64,000 bases of DNA. Source: an uncultured Prevotella sp. GTDB lineage: Bacteria; Bacteroidota; Bacteroidia; Bacteroidales; Bacteroidaceae. The notes beneath the pieces are model-generated. The model searched no databases. It saw only the letters and a program-made list of their open reading frames with translations, and was not told where the DNA came from. Positions within the stretch are counted from its first letter, which is position 1. Each line of letters begins with the position of its first letter. The position numbers and the translations under genes were made by a program. Shown here piece after piece: positions 1 through 11,132 of this stretch. Where the stretch lies: positions 31,768-95,767 of the forward strand of contig CADCEF010000004.1 of the NCBI GenBank assembly GCA_902800365.1, written 5' to 3'.

Positions 1-33
1 ATTTTGCACGCAGATTTAAATGAATTTAGGTAA

Positions 34-426
34 ATGGAAACAAGAAAACAGATTGCAGCAGAAAAGAAAAGATATAATAGCCATAACTGCGCACAGGCTA
101 TTGTACATACCTACGCAGATATAGCAGGAATAGATGAAGAAACGGCCATGAACGTTGCTGGTGCCTTTGGTGCTGGCATGGGTAATATGGAAGGTACTTG
201 CGGCTCACTCGTAGGTGCTGGCATTGTCTTGGGTTTGGTGAATAAAGACAAGGTAAAGTCCATGAAGCAGATGCGCGAGATAATGGCAAAATTCCAGCAA
301 AGGAATGGTGCCACACAATGCAAGCTGCTGAAAGGAATTGGCACCAAGGTGGTACTTCGTGAATGTCCAGATTGTGTGGCTGATGCAGCTGAATTCTTAG
401 AAGAGCAGTTAAATAAGCAGGATTAA
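34..426 (+). CDS. C_GCAxxG_C_C family putative redox-active protein
   Basis: NCAQA, GAFGAGMG, TCGSLVGA and C-terminal C..C pattern typical of the family. Confidence 0.85.
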   Translation: METRKQIAAEKKRYNSHNCAQAIVHTYADIAGIDEETAMNVAGAFGAGMGNMEGTCGSLVGAGIVLGLVNKDKVKSMKQMREIMAKFQQRNGATQCKLLKGIGTKVVLRECPDCVADAAEFLEEQLNKQD

Positions 427-785
427 TGGACATAGCAGAGCTGCACGACGAAGAGAATCTGCACACGCAGATGGAAGACCGCTGGGAGAACTACGGTAGC
501 TTGGATGGAATCATCGACACAGATGACCCGTTCACTCTTCAAGGTGCACCGAGGTTTGAACTGTCTGAGAAGATAAACAGCCTTCTCAGCAATGCTCTGA
601 ATGATGATGAGAACCTGCTTATTCGCCAAGTGCTTGGCATGGGTTGCAAGCAACGCTCGGTGAAGGAGCTTGCAAAGATGCACGGGATTACTCAGCAAGT
701 AATCCAGAAACAGCTTGTGGATATCGTCAACAAACTACGACACCACGACGATTCTATTCAACTTTGGAAGTATTTGAATAGGTAA
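426..785 (+). CDS. Small protein with sigma-70 region 4-like HTH
   Basis: C-terminal LGMGCKQRSVKELAKMHGITQQVIQKQLVDIVNKLR resembles sigma region 4; TAATG overlap with upstream gene. Confidence 0.55.
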   Translation: MDIAELHDEENLHTQMEDRWENYGSLDGIIDTDDPFTLQGAPRFELSEKINSLLSNALNDDENLLIRQVLGMGCKQRSVKELAKMHGITQQVIQKQLVDIVNKLRHHDDSIQLWKYLNR

Positions 786-793
786 GTAATCAA

Positions 794-1375
794 CTATAAT
801 GTGTAGCCTTTTCTATATGCTATTTCGAGATACTTGTCCCAGTTTGTATGTCTTGATTCAAGTGCTTTAGACATACCTCCAAAAACAACGAAATCTGACT
901 CTTTTACACGATTATAAAGTCTATCGCCAAGCATTACTTTCTTCATACTTCCAAGAAGTCCAAGCTCCTCCAAATATTCAGTATTCTTTCCTGCAGTACA
1001 GAGAATAATGGCTTTGTCGAGAACCTTCATTGTTTTGTTGCCATAAGCAAATCCATACGACCATACGCGGTCGAACCATCCCACAAGCTTGGCTGGGGCT
1101 TCCGTCCAGAAAACGGGATAGATAAAGGCAATAGCATCTGCAGAGTTTATCTTTTCTTGTTCTGCAAGAACATCGCTTTCCAAACTAGGTTCTGTACTAT
1201 AGTTAGAATCTCTAAGATATTCCTTTTCAGACATATCTGTTCTGAAATTCATCTTATACAGATCAGATATTACATATTCATTTCCGGAATCAACAATTCC
1301 TTTGATAAATGAGTCGCGGACATTTCTTGTAAACGAATCCTCTGATGGGTGACAATATACGATAAAAACTTTCAT
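794..1375 (-). CDS. NAD(P)H dehydrogenase (quinone), flavodoxin-like fold
   Basis: HPSEDSF, ADAIAFIYPVFWTEAPAKLVGWFDRV motifs. Confidence 0.9.
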   Translation of the reverse strand: MKVFIVYCHPSEDSFTRNVRDSFIKGIVDSGNEYVISDLYKMNFRTDMSEKEYLRDSNYSTEPSLESDVLAEQEKINSADAIAFIYPVFWTEAPAKLVGWFDRVWSYGFAYGNKTMKVLDKAIILCTAGKNTEYLEELGLLGSMKKVMLGDRLYNRVKESDFVVFGGMSKALESRHTNWDKYLEIAYRKGYTL

Positions 1376-1404
1376 TATGAATATATAAAATATACTTATT
1401 TAAG

Positions 1405-2097
1405 TCAGTCATAATTTGCTATTGCTATTTCTATCAGCTCCCTATCGGCCATAAAACATTTATAGCCGGTTTTAACCAAATCCCAGTTTCTTGTAAGCAA
1501 CCATACGCCGAAGCATTTCTTGATGGTTGGCCAGAAAGCATTACGATTTGTACGCATAAAATCCTTGATGATTTCCTCATCGCTCACGCCATATGATTTC
1601 AGCAATGCCATACTGGCTATGCCTGTACGGTCCTTTCCTGCCGTACAATGACAGAGGGTGCAGATACCTTTCTCGGCATTCTGACGCATTACAGCTACAA
1701 CTTTGTCGAGGTTGGCACGAGAAAATTCATCAGTAACTATATCTTTGTATAGTACCTTGAAATCAGGCACCATTTCTTTTAGTTTCTCAGGGTGTTTGCG
1801 GAGATTGCGGATGATGGTCATAGCGTCAGAACCCGTTTCGTGCGTAATGCCAACTGCAGCATCTTTCAGAAGCGGGATTTGCAAATACTCCACACCCTCT
1901 GGCAATGGGTCGGGGAATTCGGCTGATTCGATGGGCGTACGTAGGTCGATAACGCATTTGATACCATATTTACGGCAAAAGGCTGCGCATTCTTCCTCTG
2001 TGAAGATGCTCAGCTTTCCGCTACGCAAAAGCAATCCCTTTGGAATGCCGCACTTACCTCCTATATCTCTTAGATTCAGCTTAAATTGCTTATTCAT
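1405..2097 (-). CDS. Tyrosine/serine protein phosphatase (Y_phosphatase3-like)
   Basis: LLRSGKL, VIDLR, P-loop HCTAGKDRTG. Confidence 0.9.
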   Translation of the reverse strand: MNKQFKLNLRDIGGKCGIPKGLLLRSGKLSIFTEEECAAFCRKYGIKCVIDLRTPIESAEFPDPLPEGVEYLQIPLLKDAAVGITHETGSDAMTIIRNLRKHPEKLKEMVPDFKVLYKDIVTDEFSRANLDKVVAVMRQNAEKGICTLCHCTAGKDRTGIASMALLKSYGVSDEEIIKDFMRTNRNAFWPTIKKCFGVWLLTRNWDLVKTGYKCFMADRELIEIAIANYD

Positions 2098-2237
2098 AAT
2101 AGTCCTGATACAATATCTCCATGACGCTTCTCGTCGTTCTTTACACTTTCCACTTCTGGGAAATCTGCAATCAGATGTTCATATCCAACAGCTGCATCGT
2201 ATTCGCCCTTAGCTATTATTTGAAAGCGCCATTCCAC
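2094..2237 (-). pseudogene. Possible ferritin/rubrerythrin-like gene remnant or micro-ORF
   Basis: GTG-started 47 aa with GEYDAAVGY...DEKRH pattern; overlaps crcB 3' end and the phosphatase start. Confidence 0.25.
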
Positions 2238-2568
2238 CCCATACGGCCAAGATACCGATGACAACGCTAACACCAACGTAAAGCGCCATCTGCAGAACAT
2301 CGCCAGCTTTCATCATTCCAAATGATTCGTTGGCAAATGTGCTGAATGTGGTGAAACCGCCACAGAAACCTGTAACCATCAATAACTTCATCTCTGGAGA
2401 TAGAACGCCTTTACTAACCAAACCGACTAAGAGTCCGATGAGCAGGGAACCAAGGATGTTGACGGCGAAAGTACCCCAAGGGAATGAGGTGTTTATGCCG
2501 GAAAGCAGATAGCGCAACACAGAACCTACTGCTCCTCCAAGTGCTACTAATAACAGATTTCGTATCAT
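2209..2568 (-). CDS. crcB: Fluoride efflux channel CrcB/FluC
   Basis: GGAVGSVLRY, FPWGTFAVN, GFCGGFTTFSTF signature. Confidence 0.95.
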   Translation of the reverse strand: MIRNLLLVALGGAVGSVLRYLLSGINTSFPWGTFAVNILGSLLIGLLVGLVSKGVLSPEMKLLMVTGFCGGFTTFSTFANESFGMMKAGDVLQMALYVGVSVVIGILAVWGGMALSNNS

Positions 2569-2736
2569 TATTCTTTCTTTTGTGGATGCAAAGGTACAAA
2601 TAATATTTCATAAAAAGGCAGAATAATTGGCCGAATTTCCAAGCCATACTCTTTTATCGGCTTGATACAATATTCCGTCAAGTCAAGGTTACCTTTGCCA
2701 CCAGCTACACCAGTAACAGTACCATTTGTGAACTAA

Positions 2737-3213
2737 TTATTCTTTTAAATTTCCGCCGTTATTGGCTTTACAGTAAAAGGATGCTATGCCATGTAGCATC
2801 CTTTTATGTGTCAGGCTGTCCGCAGTCTGATTTTGGGGTTGGTTCTTGGTTTCATTATACAGATCCATCAGTTCACTATAGAGTGGTCTTTGTTTTTGGG
2901 GACAAAGCAGATAGTAATATGTGGCATCTTTATAGAGGCCGAAAATATACTGGAATGTATCCTTGACATTGAAGCCTAATGGATTAGTATATTTCATGAC
3001 GAATGATTCTATATGCAAGGAATCATCGGTATATAATGTATTCTTTTGGTCTATTTCCAGCTTGGAATTTGGTGCGTGAGGATATAAAACGTCAACCACA
3101 ATAGGCAAGTGTCGCTCTGCGCTTTCTGCAAAAGCATTTTTATTGACTTGTCCTTGCCTTTGGCCACAAGAAATAATTAATAACAGGCTGATAAATAATG
3201 TAATTTTTTTCAT
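2737..3213 (-). CDS. Hypothetical lipoprotein
   Basis: Start MKKITLFISLLLIISC (lipobox), just downstream of a TATCTTTG promoter box at 3233-3240. Confidence 0.7.
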   Translation of the reverse strand: MKKITLFISLLLIISCGQRQGQVNKNAFAESAERHLPIVVDVLYPHAPNSKLEIDQKNTLYTDDSLHIESFVMKYTNPLGFNVKDTFQYIFGLYKDATYYYLLCPQKQRPLYSELMDLYNETKNQPQNQTADSLTHKRMLHGIASFYCKANNGGNLKE

Positions 3214-3232
3214 ATACACTTTTTTTGCGGTG

Positions 3233-3302
3233 CAAAGATACTTTATTTTATGATAAAAACATTCTAATCTACAAGAAAAATGCAAATAAATAATTATCTT
3301 TG
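3233..3302. promoter_or_regulatory. Divergent Bacteroidota sigma-70 promoters (-7 TAnnTTTG boxes)
   Basis: TATCTTTG on - (3233-3240) and on + (3295-3302), each just upstream of a gene start. Confidence 0.7.
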
Positions 3303-3317
3303 TAGCCAAAATAACAT

Positions 3318-4046
3318 ATGCATATGAAAAAGTATTCAATCCTTTCGCTGATAATAGCGATGTTTCTTTCGGGCAATGTAGTGTTTGCTCAAAAGTCAGA
3401 CAAGATCTATCTCACAGCCGACGAAGTTCCTAACGCAGTTTATTGGCTGCCCCAACCACCTGCACCAGGCTCAACGCAGTTCTTGTACGACTTGTCGCAG
3501 TACTATTGGGGAAAACAACAGCGCCTTGACTCGTTGCGTGCAAAGAAAGCCATTCGTGAGGCTGATATTGAAGTTTCCGACATGCTGTCGCAGTTCTCAG
3601 GCGCCTTTGGTATGGAGCTTTCTAAGCAGAAAACACCAGCCATCTATAAGGTCGTAGAGCGCGCCGTGCTTACAATCCGTCTTAGCGCCACAAAGCCAAA
3701 GGCAACGTATATGCGCACGCGTCCGTTTGTATATTTTAATGAGCCAACCCTTGTTTCTGCCGATGAAGAAGAGTTACGCAACACAGGTTCTTATCCCTCA
3801 GGGCATACGGTTCGTGGTTGGGGTATGGCATTGCTGCTTTGCGAGATTAACCCAGCTGCACAGGATGAACTGTTTAAGCTGGGTTATGAATGGGGCCAAA
3901 GTCGTGTGATAGCAGGCTTCCATTGGCAGAGCGACGTAGATGCATCGCGTATGCTGGCTGCTGCATGCTACGCCCGTCTACACACCTGCAAAGAATTTCT
4001 CGACGATATGTCAGCTGCCAAAAAGGAGTTCGACAAAATGTTTTAA
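3318..4046 (+). CDS. PAP2-superfamily (class A) acid phosphatase, secreted
   Basis: Signal peptide; KxxxxRxRP, SYPSGH, SRVIAGFHWQSD. Confidence 0.9.
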   Translation: MHMKKYSILSLIIAMFLSGNVVFAQKSDKIYLTADEVPNAVYWLPQPPAPGSTQFLYDLSQYYWGKQQRLDSLRAKKAIREADIEVSDMLSQFSGAFGMELSKQKTPAIYKVVERAVLTIRLSATKPKATYMRTRPFVYFNEPTLVSADEEELRNTGSYPSGHTVRGWGMALLLCEINPAAQDELFKLGYEWGQSRVIAGFHWQSDVDASRMLAAACYARLHTCKEFLDDMSAAKKEFDKMF

Positions 4047-4276
4047 TCTGGTCCGTGGGTGGTGTGATATTTGTGATGTTTGATGTGCGCAGTTGAATCT
4101 GCCTTACCTGTGGCATTGGAGTCGCGCAACAATTCATCACCGCTCACGTATTCTGCACCCACGGTCCATCCCTCCTTGGTCATATAGTCATCGTGACTAA
4201 AATACTGTGTTATCGCCACACCTACTAATAGGATAATAGCAATAGTCAGTATCTGTTTAATAACTTTCTTTCGCAT
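4043..4276 (-). CDS. Small hypothetical membrane-anchored protein
   Basis: 77 aa, single N-terminal TM helix, upstream TATTTTTG box. Confidence 0.55.
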   Translation of the reverse strand: MRKKVIKQILTIAIILLVGVAITQYFSHDDYMTKEGWTVGAEYVSGDELLRDSNATGKADSTAHIKHHKYHTTHGPD

Positions 4277-4509
4277 AGTTTTTTAGTCATGTTGGGAATA
4301 AATAAAATTGCTATAATATATTATCAGTACATAGGTTTTCTGCCACAAAAATACAAAAAAATTCTAACAATACAAATATTTTAATGTTTTTTTCTTATAT
4401 TTGCAACAGATATATTTAATACAATCTAATTTAGACCTAATATGACAAAGAAACCACTTAGTTAGTCTGGCCACACAACGCGAGATTGAGGAACAAGGAT
4501 TGGCCCACG

Positions 4510-4540
4510 AAAAAGCCGGAAGTGGTTGAATACTTCCGGC
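4510..4540 (-). terminator. Intrinsic terminator of gyrA-TPR unit
   Basis: Stem GCCGGAAGT/ACTTCCGGC with U-tract on - strand. Confidence 0.75.
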
Positions 4541-4564
4541 TCTGATTTATTGATTAACTAGTGA

Positions 4565-5779
4565 TTAGTGTGAATCCTGCTCGGCCTGCTTGGTCTCAGG
4601 AGCATTCTCACCATAGTAGTTGTAGTAAGCGTTGTAGCGGTTGTAACCCCACTTAGCCTGGAGCATGTCGGGGTCGAGCTCCTTAGCCTTGTCGAACATC
4701 TCGATGGCCTGCTTGTAGAGCTCCTTCTTCTTAGCGGGATCCTCAACATTCTGTGCCTGAACAACATAAGCTGTACCTGCATAGGTAGCGATGATAGCAT
4801 TGTCGTTCTTAACATCGTAAGCTCTCTTGAGGTATGTGATAGCCTCGTCGGCCTTCTGAGCCTGAAGCAGTGACAGACCCTTGTCAGCGAGTGCTACGAA
4901 GTTGTTTGGATCAGCAGCAAGTGCTTCGTCAATAATCTTGTCAGCCTCGGCAGCCTGACCTACGCCAATCAGGGTGTTGTAGAGCTTCTCCATCACACCG
5001 TTGGTCTTGTGCTCAGCGTAGAGTGACTTGAGGTTCTCAACATACTTCAGAGAGTCGTCCTTGGTCTTCAGACCGTCGCCCAGAATCTCAAGCTTGAGGT
5101 TCAGTGCGTTCTCGTACTCCTGAGGATCCTTCATGGCAACATCGGCCAGCTGGAGAGCCTTGGCCATATCCTTGTCCTGATAAGCGAAGATAGCAGCGAA
5201 ACGAGCTACCTGGCCGAAGAATGGCTTCTGCTGGTCGCGGTTCTGATCCTTGAACATAGGTGCTGCATCGCTCTCAACGAAGAGAGTCCAGTACTTACGA
5301 GCTGTAGCGTTGTCCTTAGCGGTGAGGGCGTCCTGACCAGCATTAACCATCTGGTTACGTGGAGCGAACCACAGGCGCTGTGCGTTCTTTGAAGCGAACT
5401 TTGGAGCTACCTTTCCCTTCTCGTTTGGCTTCTGGTCGAACTTGTCGCACTCCAGACCAGCTACGAGAGCTTTATAAGCCATATCTGACATGAGCTTCTC
5501 ATCAACAGGCTTCTCTTCCTTACCCATCTGCTTTGCTACCTGATTCTCGGTCTGAATGGTGCTCTGAGCATCGAACTGAGCGAGGGCCAGATCAACAAGC
5601 TTGTTGTAAGCCTTAGCCTTTTCGGCATCGTTAGCCAGAGAACCGAGGCTGCTGTTTACAAGAGCTTCTGCTTCTGCATAAGTCTTTGCCTTGAGGATAG
5701 CCTTCAGGGCGTCACTGTCACCGGCAAATGCGGTAGCGCTGGCTACCATCATTACTGCCATAACGAATAATTTCTTCAT
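4565..5779 (-). CDS. Secreted tetratricopeptide-repeat protein
   Basis: Signal peptide, Ala-rich helical TPR-like repeats; directly downstream of gyrA. Confidence 0.8.
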   Translation of the reverse strand: MKKLFVMAVMMVASATAFAGDSDALKAILKAKTYAEAEALVNSSLGSLANDAEKAKAYNKLVDLALAQFDAQSTIQTENQVAKQMGKEEKPVDEKLMSDMAYKALVAGLECDKFDQKPNEKGKVAPKFASKNAQRLWFAPRNQMVNAGQDALTAKDNATARKYWTLFVESDAAPMFKDQNRDQQKPFFGQVARFAAIFAYQDKDMAKALQLADVAMKDPQEYENALNLKLEILGDGLKTKDDSLKYVENLKSLYAEHKTNGVMEKLYNTLIGVGQAAEADKIIDEALAADPNNFVALADKGLSLLQAQKADEAITYLKRAYDVKNDNAIIATYAGTAYVVQAQNVEDPAKKKELYKQAIEMFDKAKELDPDMLQAKWGYNRYNAYYNYYGENAPETKQAEQDSH

Positions 5780-5858
5780 ACTCTTTTAATTTTGGTTATA
5801 CCATTAATATTGATTGATTCTTATTCTCTCTTTTTTGACGTTTGCAGAGAACCAAGGT

Positions 5859-8387
5859 TTAATCCTTGGTCTCTGGCTCAGCCTGTACGGCCTCGTCGGT
5901 AAGCTCGGCTTCCTCGATATCCTCGTCCTCGGCCTGTGAGTGCATTACCTTACATACTGAGGCAATAACATCGTTCTTCTTAGCCAGGTTGATGAGGCGA
6001 ACACCCTGAGTGGCACGGCCCATTACGCGGACATCGGCCACCTTAAGGCGGATGAGTACACCGCTCTTATTAATAATCATGAGGTCGTTCTCGTCGGTTA
6101 CTACCTTGATGGCTACCAGGCGACCGGTCTTCTCGGTGATGGCGAGTGTCTTAACACCCTTGGCACCACGGGCTGTCTTACGATAGTCCTCAACCTCTGA
6201 ACGCTTACCGTAGCCATTCTCACTTACTACCATGATGGTCTCGGTGTTAGGATCGTTTACGCAAACCATGCCTACTACCTCGTCGTCGCCACCGTCGAGA
6301 CGCATACCGATAACACCAGTAGAAACACGACCCATGGTGCGGACATCGTTCTCGTCGAAACGTACTGCACGACCGTTGCGGTTGGCCAGCAGCAGCTCGT
6401 TGTGACCGTTAGTAAGACGAACACCTACTACCTCGTCGCCCTCGTTGATGTTGATGGCGATAACACCGGCTGCACGTACATTCTTATAGGCATCGAGGCG
6501 TGTCTTCTTGATGATACCCTGCTTGGTAGCGAATACCACGTAGTGGCTCTTGAGGAACTCCTCGTCGCCGAAGTTCTTGATGCGCAGAACGGCATTGATA
6601 GAATCGTCGGGCTCGATGTTGAGCATATTCTGGATGGCGCGACCCTTAGAGTTCTTGTCGCCCTCAGGAATCTCGTAACACTTCTGCCAGTAGCAGCGGC
6701 CCTTCTGTGTGAAGAACAGCAGAGTGTTGTGCATTGTGGCAGGATAGATATACTCTGTGAAGTCGTTGTCGCGATGACGGGCTGCCTTAGAACCCATACC
6801 GCCACGGCTCTGCTCATGGAAGTCGCTGAGTGGTGTGCGCTTGATGTAACCCATGTGAGAGATGGTGATGACAACAGGATCATCGGGATAGAAGTCCTCG
6901 GCATTGAACTCGTGGTCGAATGGGATAATCTCTGTACGACGCTCGTCGCCATACTTCTCCTTAACCTCGAGCAGATCCTCCTTCATAACCTCCTTACAAC
7001 GCTCGGGGTTATCGAGAATCTCCTGCAACTCGGCAATGAGCTTCTGCAAGTCGTCGAACTCCTGGTGGAGCTGATCAACACGCAGACCTGTGAGCTGAGC
7101 CAGACGCATATCAACGATAGCCTTTGACTGAAGCTCGTCGAGCTCGAAACGCTGCTCCAGATTGCGCTGGGCATCGGTAGGAGTCTTAGAGTTGCGGATG
7201 ATGTGTACTACCTCATCGATATTGTTGACTGCGATGATCAAGCCCTCGAGGATGTGTGCACGCTCCTGAGCCTTGCGCAGATCGTACTTGGTGCGGCGGA
7301 TTGTTACGTCGTGACGGTGCTCAACGAAGTACTTAACACACTCCTTGAGCGAAAGCAGACGTGGACGGCCCTTGACCAGAGCAATATTGTTTACAGAGAA
7401 TGAACTCTGCAGTGCTGTCATCTTGAAGAGCTTGTTGAGCAGAACGTTTGCGTTAGCGTCGCGCTTGCAGTCGACTACGATACGCATACCCTGACGACCT
7501 GACTCATCGTTAACGTTAGCCACGCCCTCAATCTTGTGCTGGTTTGCCAGATCGGCAATATAAGCCACGAGGTCGGCCTTGTTAACGCCGTAAGGAATCT
7601 CGGTTACTACAATCTTATCGTGAGTTTCGCCGCTCTCAATCTCAGCCTTGGCACGCATAACGATACGGCCACGACCAGTCTCGTAAGCATCCTTAACACC
7701 CTGCAGACCATAGATATATGCTCCTGTTGGGAAATCAGGACCTGGGATGAACTGCATCAGGCCCTCGGTGTCGATATCAGGATTGTCGATATAAGCGCAG
7801 CAGCCATCGATAACCTCACCCAGGTTGTGGGTTGGCATATTGGTAGCCATACCTACAGCGATACCGTTACCACCGTTAACCAGCAGGTTAGGAATCTTGG
7901 TAGGCATTACTGTTGGCTCCTCGAGCGAATCGTCGAAGTTAGGAGCCATATCAACAGTTTCCTTATCAAGGTCGTCCATGATGTGCTCACCCATCTTAGA
8001 GAGGCGGCACTCGGTGTAACGCATGGCAGCTGGTGAGTCGCCATCAACTGAACCGAAGTTACCCTGACCGTCTACGAGGGTGTAACGCATGTTCCAGTCC
8101 TGAGCCATACGCACCAGGGCTCCATATACAGAACTGTCGCCGTGTGGGTGATACTTACCAAGCACCTCACCTACTACGCGCGCGCACTTCTTATAAGGTT
8201 GTGTAGAAACGTTGTTAATGTTCATCATACCGTAGAGGATACGGCGGTGAACAGGCTTGAAGCCGTCACGAACATCAGGAAGAGCACGTGCCACAATGAC
8301 TGACATTGAGTAGTCGATGTAGCTGGATTTCATTTCTTCCTCGATGTTGATCTTAATAATTCTGTCGTTGTCGAATGTTTGATCCAT
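5859..8387 (-). CDS. gyrA: DNA gyrase subunit A
   Basis: [31 protein letters not shown]-terminal pinwheel repeats. Confidence 0.98.
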   Translation of the reverse strand: MDQTFDNDRIIKINIEEEMKSSYIDYSMSVIVARALPDVRDGFKPVHRRILYGMMNINNVSTQPYKKCARVVGEVLGKYHPHGDSSVYGALVRMAQDWNMRYTLVDGQGNFGSVDGDSPAAMRYTECRLSKMGEHIMDDLDKETVDMAPNFDDSLEEPTVMPTKIPNLLVNGGNGIAVGMATNMPTHNLGEVIDGCCAYIDNPDIDTEGLMQFIPGPDFPTGAYIYGLQGVKDAYETGRGRIVMRAKAEIESGETHDKIVVTEIPYGVNKADLVAYIADLANQHKIEGVANVNDESGRQGMRIVVDCKRDANANVLLNKLFKMTALQSSFSVNNIALVKGRPRLLSLKECVKYFVEHRHDVTIRRTKYDLRKAQERAHILEGLIIAVNNIDEVVHIIRNSKTPTDAQRNLEQRFELDELQSKAIVDMRLAQLTGLRVDQLHQEFDDLQKLIAELQEILDNPERCKEVMKEDLLEVKEKYGDERRTEIIPFDHEFNAEDFYPDDPVVITISHMGYIKRTPLSDFHEQSRGGMGSKAARHRDNDFTEYIYPATMHNTLLFFTQKGRCYWQKCYEIPEGDKNSKGRAIQNMLNIEPDDSINAVLRIKNFGDEEFLKSHYVVFATKQGIIKKTRLDAYKNVRAAGVIAININEGDEVVGVRLTNGHNELLLANRNGRAVRFDENDVRTMGRVSTGVIGMRLDGGDDEVVGMVCVNDPNTETIMVVSENGYGKRSEVEDYRKTARGAKGVKTLAITEKTGRLVAIKVVTDENDLMIINKSGVLIRLKVADVRVMGRATQGVRLINLAKKNDVIASVCKVMHSQAEDEDIEEAELTDEAVQAEPETKD

Positions 8388-8475
8388 CTTGATATTTTAC
8401 AATTTAACTATTTACTATTTTTCGATTTTTGCGTTTAAGGCCATTTTTAAGCCCGCTGACGCGTTTTTAACCGTG

Positions 8476-8579
8476 CAAAGGTAGTAATTTATTTGCAACC
8501 AAACAAAGATTTTATGCTTTTTTAGAGGAAAAAATTTGGTTTTAATGGCACGATGTTTGCAAGAATTATTGTAACTTTG
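8476..8579. promoter_or_regulatory. Divergent promoters for gyrA and clpC
   Basis: TACCTTTG on - (8476-8483), TAACTTTG on + (8572-8579). Confidence 0.7.
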
Positions 8580-8589
8580 CAAAAAATAA

Positions 8590-11121
8590 ATGTATATGAC
8601 GACGCAATTTTCGCCAAAACTATCAGAAATACTGGCATTCTCACGAGAGGAGGCTGCCAGACTGGCCAGCCGTTCAGTTGGTCCGGAGCACCTGCTGCTG
8701 GGCATACTGAGAACCAAGGAGGGACCGGTGATAGACCTATTTAAAAGACTTGACTTAAACCTGCAGGCCGTAAAGACCGAGCTTGAACAGAGAGTACGTG
8801 AAGACGAGATAGGAACACCTATTCACACCACCGACCTGGTGCTGAACGAGAAAGCCAGCAACGTGCTGAAGCTGGCTGTGCTGGAAGCCAGAATACAGAG
8901 AGCAGCAAAAATAGACGAACAGCACCTGCTGTTGGCCATACTGCACGATATCGCCAACAACGGGGCTAAAGAAGTATTGGAAATGAATAATATGACGTAC
9001 GACGACGCCAGATCGATGCTGTTTACTCCACAGAATTCGAATGTGAGCAACGGTATCGGACTGCCCGACGACTACGAGGAGGAATACGAGCAGACTGGTA
9101 ATAAGGGGGCTGCTAACAATCAGCCCAACACCACTACTGCACAGAAGAAGACGGCATCGAAAACTCCTGTGCTCGACAGCTTCGGCACCGACCTTACAAA
9201 GGCTGCTGCCGAGGGTAAGCTCGACCCATGTGTAGGTCGCGACCGCGAGATTCAGAGAATAATCGAGATTCTTGGTCGCAGAAAGAAAAACAACCCTATA
9301 TTAATAGGTGAACCAGGTGTGGGTAAGAGCGCAATAGTTGAAGGACTGGCACAGCTGATTGAGAAGCGCAACACAAGTCCGATGCTGTTTGGTAAGCGCA
9401 TATATACCCTCGACATGACAGGCGTTGTGGCAGGTACAAAATATCGCGGACAGTTTGAGGAGCGCCTGAAGGCTCTGATGAAGGAGCTGGAGAGTAATCC
9501 TGACATCATTGTGTTTATCGACGAGATTCACACCATCATAGGTGCTGGTGCTACACCAGGCTCGATGGATGCTGCAAACATAATGAAACCAGCATTGGCA
9601 CGAGGCACAATACAGTGCATTGGTGCTACAACGCTGGACGAATATCGCGAGAGCATTGAGAAAGACGGTGCACTTGAGCGCCGATTCCAGAAGGTGCAGG
9701 TTGAGCCTACTACAAACGAGGAGACTCTGCAGATTCTGCATAACATCAAGGATCGCTACGAGCAGCATCACCATGTGATATATACCGACGAGGCTCTGGC
9801 GGCTTGTGTCAAATTGACAGACCGCTATGTTACCGACCGCTTTATGCCAGATAAGGCCATCGACGCTCTTGATGAGACTGGCTCGAAGGTACACTTGGGT
9901 AATGCCAAGGTTCCACCAGAGATTGTTGAGAAGGAGCAGGAGCTGAACGAGGTGAAGGAAAAGAAGAGTCAGGCTGTAAAGAACCAGAACTACGAACTGG
10001 CCGCAGGCTATCGCGACCGGCAGGTTCAGCTGGAGAGAGAACTGCAGGAACTCAACGAGAAGTGGGCTAACGGCGAGAACGAGGCTCCACAGGTGGTAGA
10101 TGCCGACCAGGTGGCTGAGGTTGTATCGATGATGACAGGCGTGCCCGCTCAGCGTATGGCAGAGCAGGAAGGCATCCGACTGAAAGGTATGGCCGTAGAG
10201 CTGAAGAACAACGTGATAGCTCAGGATGCTGCCATCGACAAGATGGTTAAGGCAATACAGCGTAACCGCGTAGGTCTGAAAGAGCCTAACCACCCCATCG
10301 GCGTGTTCATGTTCCTTGGTCCTACTGGTGTGGGTAAGACTTATCTTGCCAAGAAGCTGGCTGAGTTTATGTTCGGCAGCACAGATGCGCTGATTCGTAT
10401 CGACATGAGCGAATATACTGAGAGCTTCAATACTTCGCGACTGATTGGTGCGCCTCCAGGATACGTAGGCTACGGAGAGGGCGGACAGCTTACTGAGCGA
10501 GTACGTCGACATCCCTACTCTATCGTTCTGCTCGACGAGATTGAGAAGGCTCACAGCAATGTGTTCAACCTGTTGCTGCAGGTGCTTGACGAGGGACGCA
10601 TGACTGACGGAAACGGCCGACTGGTTGACTTCCGCAATACAGTAATCATAATGACATCTAACGCTGGTACTCGCCAGCTCAAGGACTTCGGTCGTGGTGT
10701 GGGATTCGGTGCTGGTTCAACAACAGGACTGATGCTTAACGACAAGGATAAGAAGAACGCGCGCGACATTGTGCAGAAGGCTCTTTCGAAGCAGTTCTCG
10801 CCTGAGTTCCTGAACCGACTGGATGAGATTATCACCTTCGATCAGCTTGATTTGGATGCCATTAAGCGCATCATCGATGTAGAGCTGAAGGGACTGTACA
10901 ACCGCATTGAACAGATAGGTTATCACATCGACCTGAGCGACGAGGCTAAGGAGTTTGTGGCTTCAAAGGGCTACGATGTTCAGTTTGGCGCACGCCCGCT
11001 GAAGCGAGCCATACAGAACTATCTGGAAGACGGAATAAGCGATATCATCGTGAATGGCGACAAAAAGCCAGGCGACACGATTCATATAGAACTTAAAGAA
11101 AATGAGTTAGCATTCAGCTAA
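8590..11121 (+). CDS. clpC: ATP-dependent Clp protease ATPase subunit (ClpC-like)
   Basis: Clp N-domain, two AAA+ modules ([16 protein letters not shown]), UVR coiled coil, GAPPGYVGY. Confidence 0.93.
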   Translation: MYMTTQFSPKLSEILAFSREEAARLASRSVGPEHLLLGILRTKEGPVIDLFKRLDLNLQAVKTELEQRVREDEIGTPIHTTDLVLNEKASNVLKLAVLEARIQRAAKIDEQHLLLAILHDIANNGAKEVLEMNNMTYDDARSMLFTPQNSNVSNGIGLPDDYEEEYEQTGNKGAANNQPNTTTAQKKTASKTPVLDSFGTDLTKAAAEGKLDPCVGRDREIQRIIEILGRRKKNNPILIGEPGVGKSAIVEGLAQLIEKRNTSPMLFGKRIYTLDMTGVVAGTKYRGQFEERLKALMKELESNPDIIVFIDEIHTIIGAGATPGSMDAANIMKPALARGTIQCIGATTLDEYRESIEKDGALERRFQKVQVEPTTNEETLQILHNIKDRYEQHHHVIYTDEALAACVKLTDRYVTDRFMPDKAIDALDETGSKVHLGNAKVPPEIVEKEQELNEVKEKKSQAVKNQNYELAAGYRDRQVQLERELQELNEKWANGENEAPQVVDADQVAEVVSMMTGVPAQRMAEQEGIRLKGMAVELKNNVIAQDAAIDKMVKAIQRNRVGLKEPNHPIGVFMFLGPTGVGKTYLAKKLAEFMFGSTDALIRIDMSEYTESFNTSRLIGAPPGYVGYGEGGQLTERVRRHPYSIVLLDEIEKAHSNVFNLLLQVLDEGRMTDGNGRLVDFRNTVIIMTSNAGTRQLKDFGRGVGFGAGSTTGLMLNDKDKKNARDIVQKALSKQFSPEFLNRLDEIITFDQLDLDAIKRIIDVELKGLYNRIEQIGYHIDLSDEAKEFVASKGYDVQFGARPLKRAIQNYLEDGISDIIVNGDKKPGDTIHIELKENELAFS

Positions 11122-11132
11122 CTCATTTCTTT

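Noticed and set aside
2569-2736. Fluoride riboswitch upstream of crcB
   Set aside because: The TACCTTTG promoter box lies only about 20 nt before the start, leaving no room, and no consensus was seen.
2690-2966. Orphan + strand TACCTTTG box and antisense 61-aa ORF
   Set aside because: No good -33 box, and the ORF is a shadow of the lipoprotein gene; not enough support.
4442-4490. TAG read-through or recoding of the micro-ORF
   Set aside because: A TGA follows 8 codons later, and TAG is used as a normal stop elsewhere in the window.
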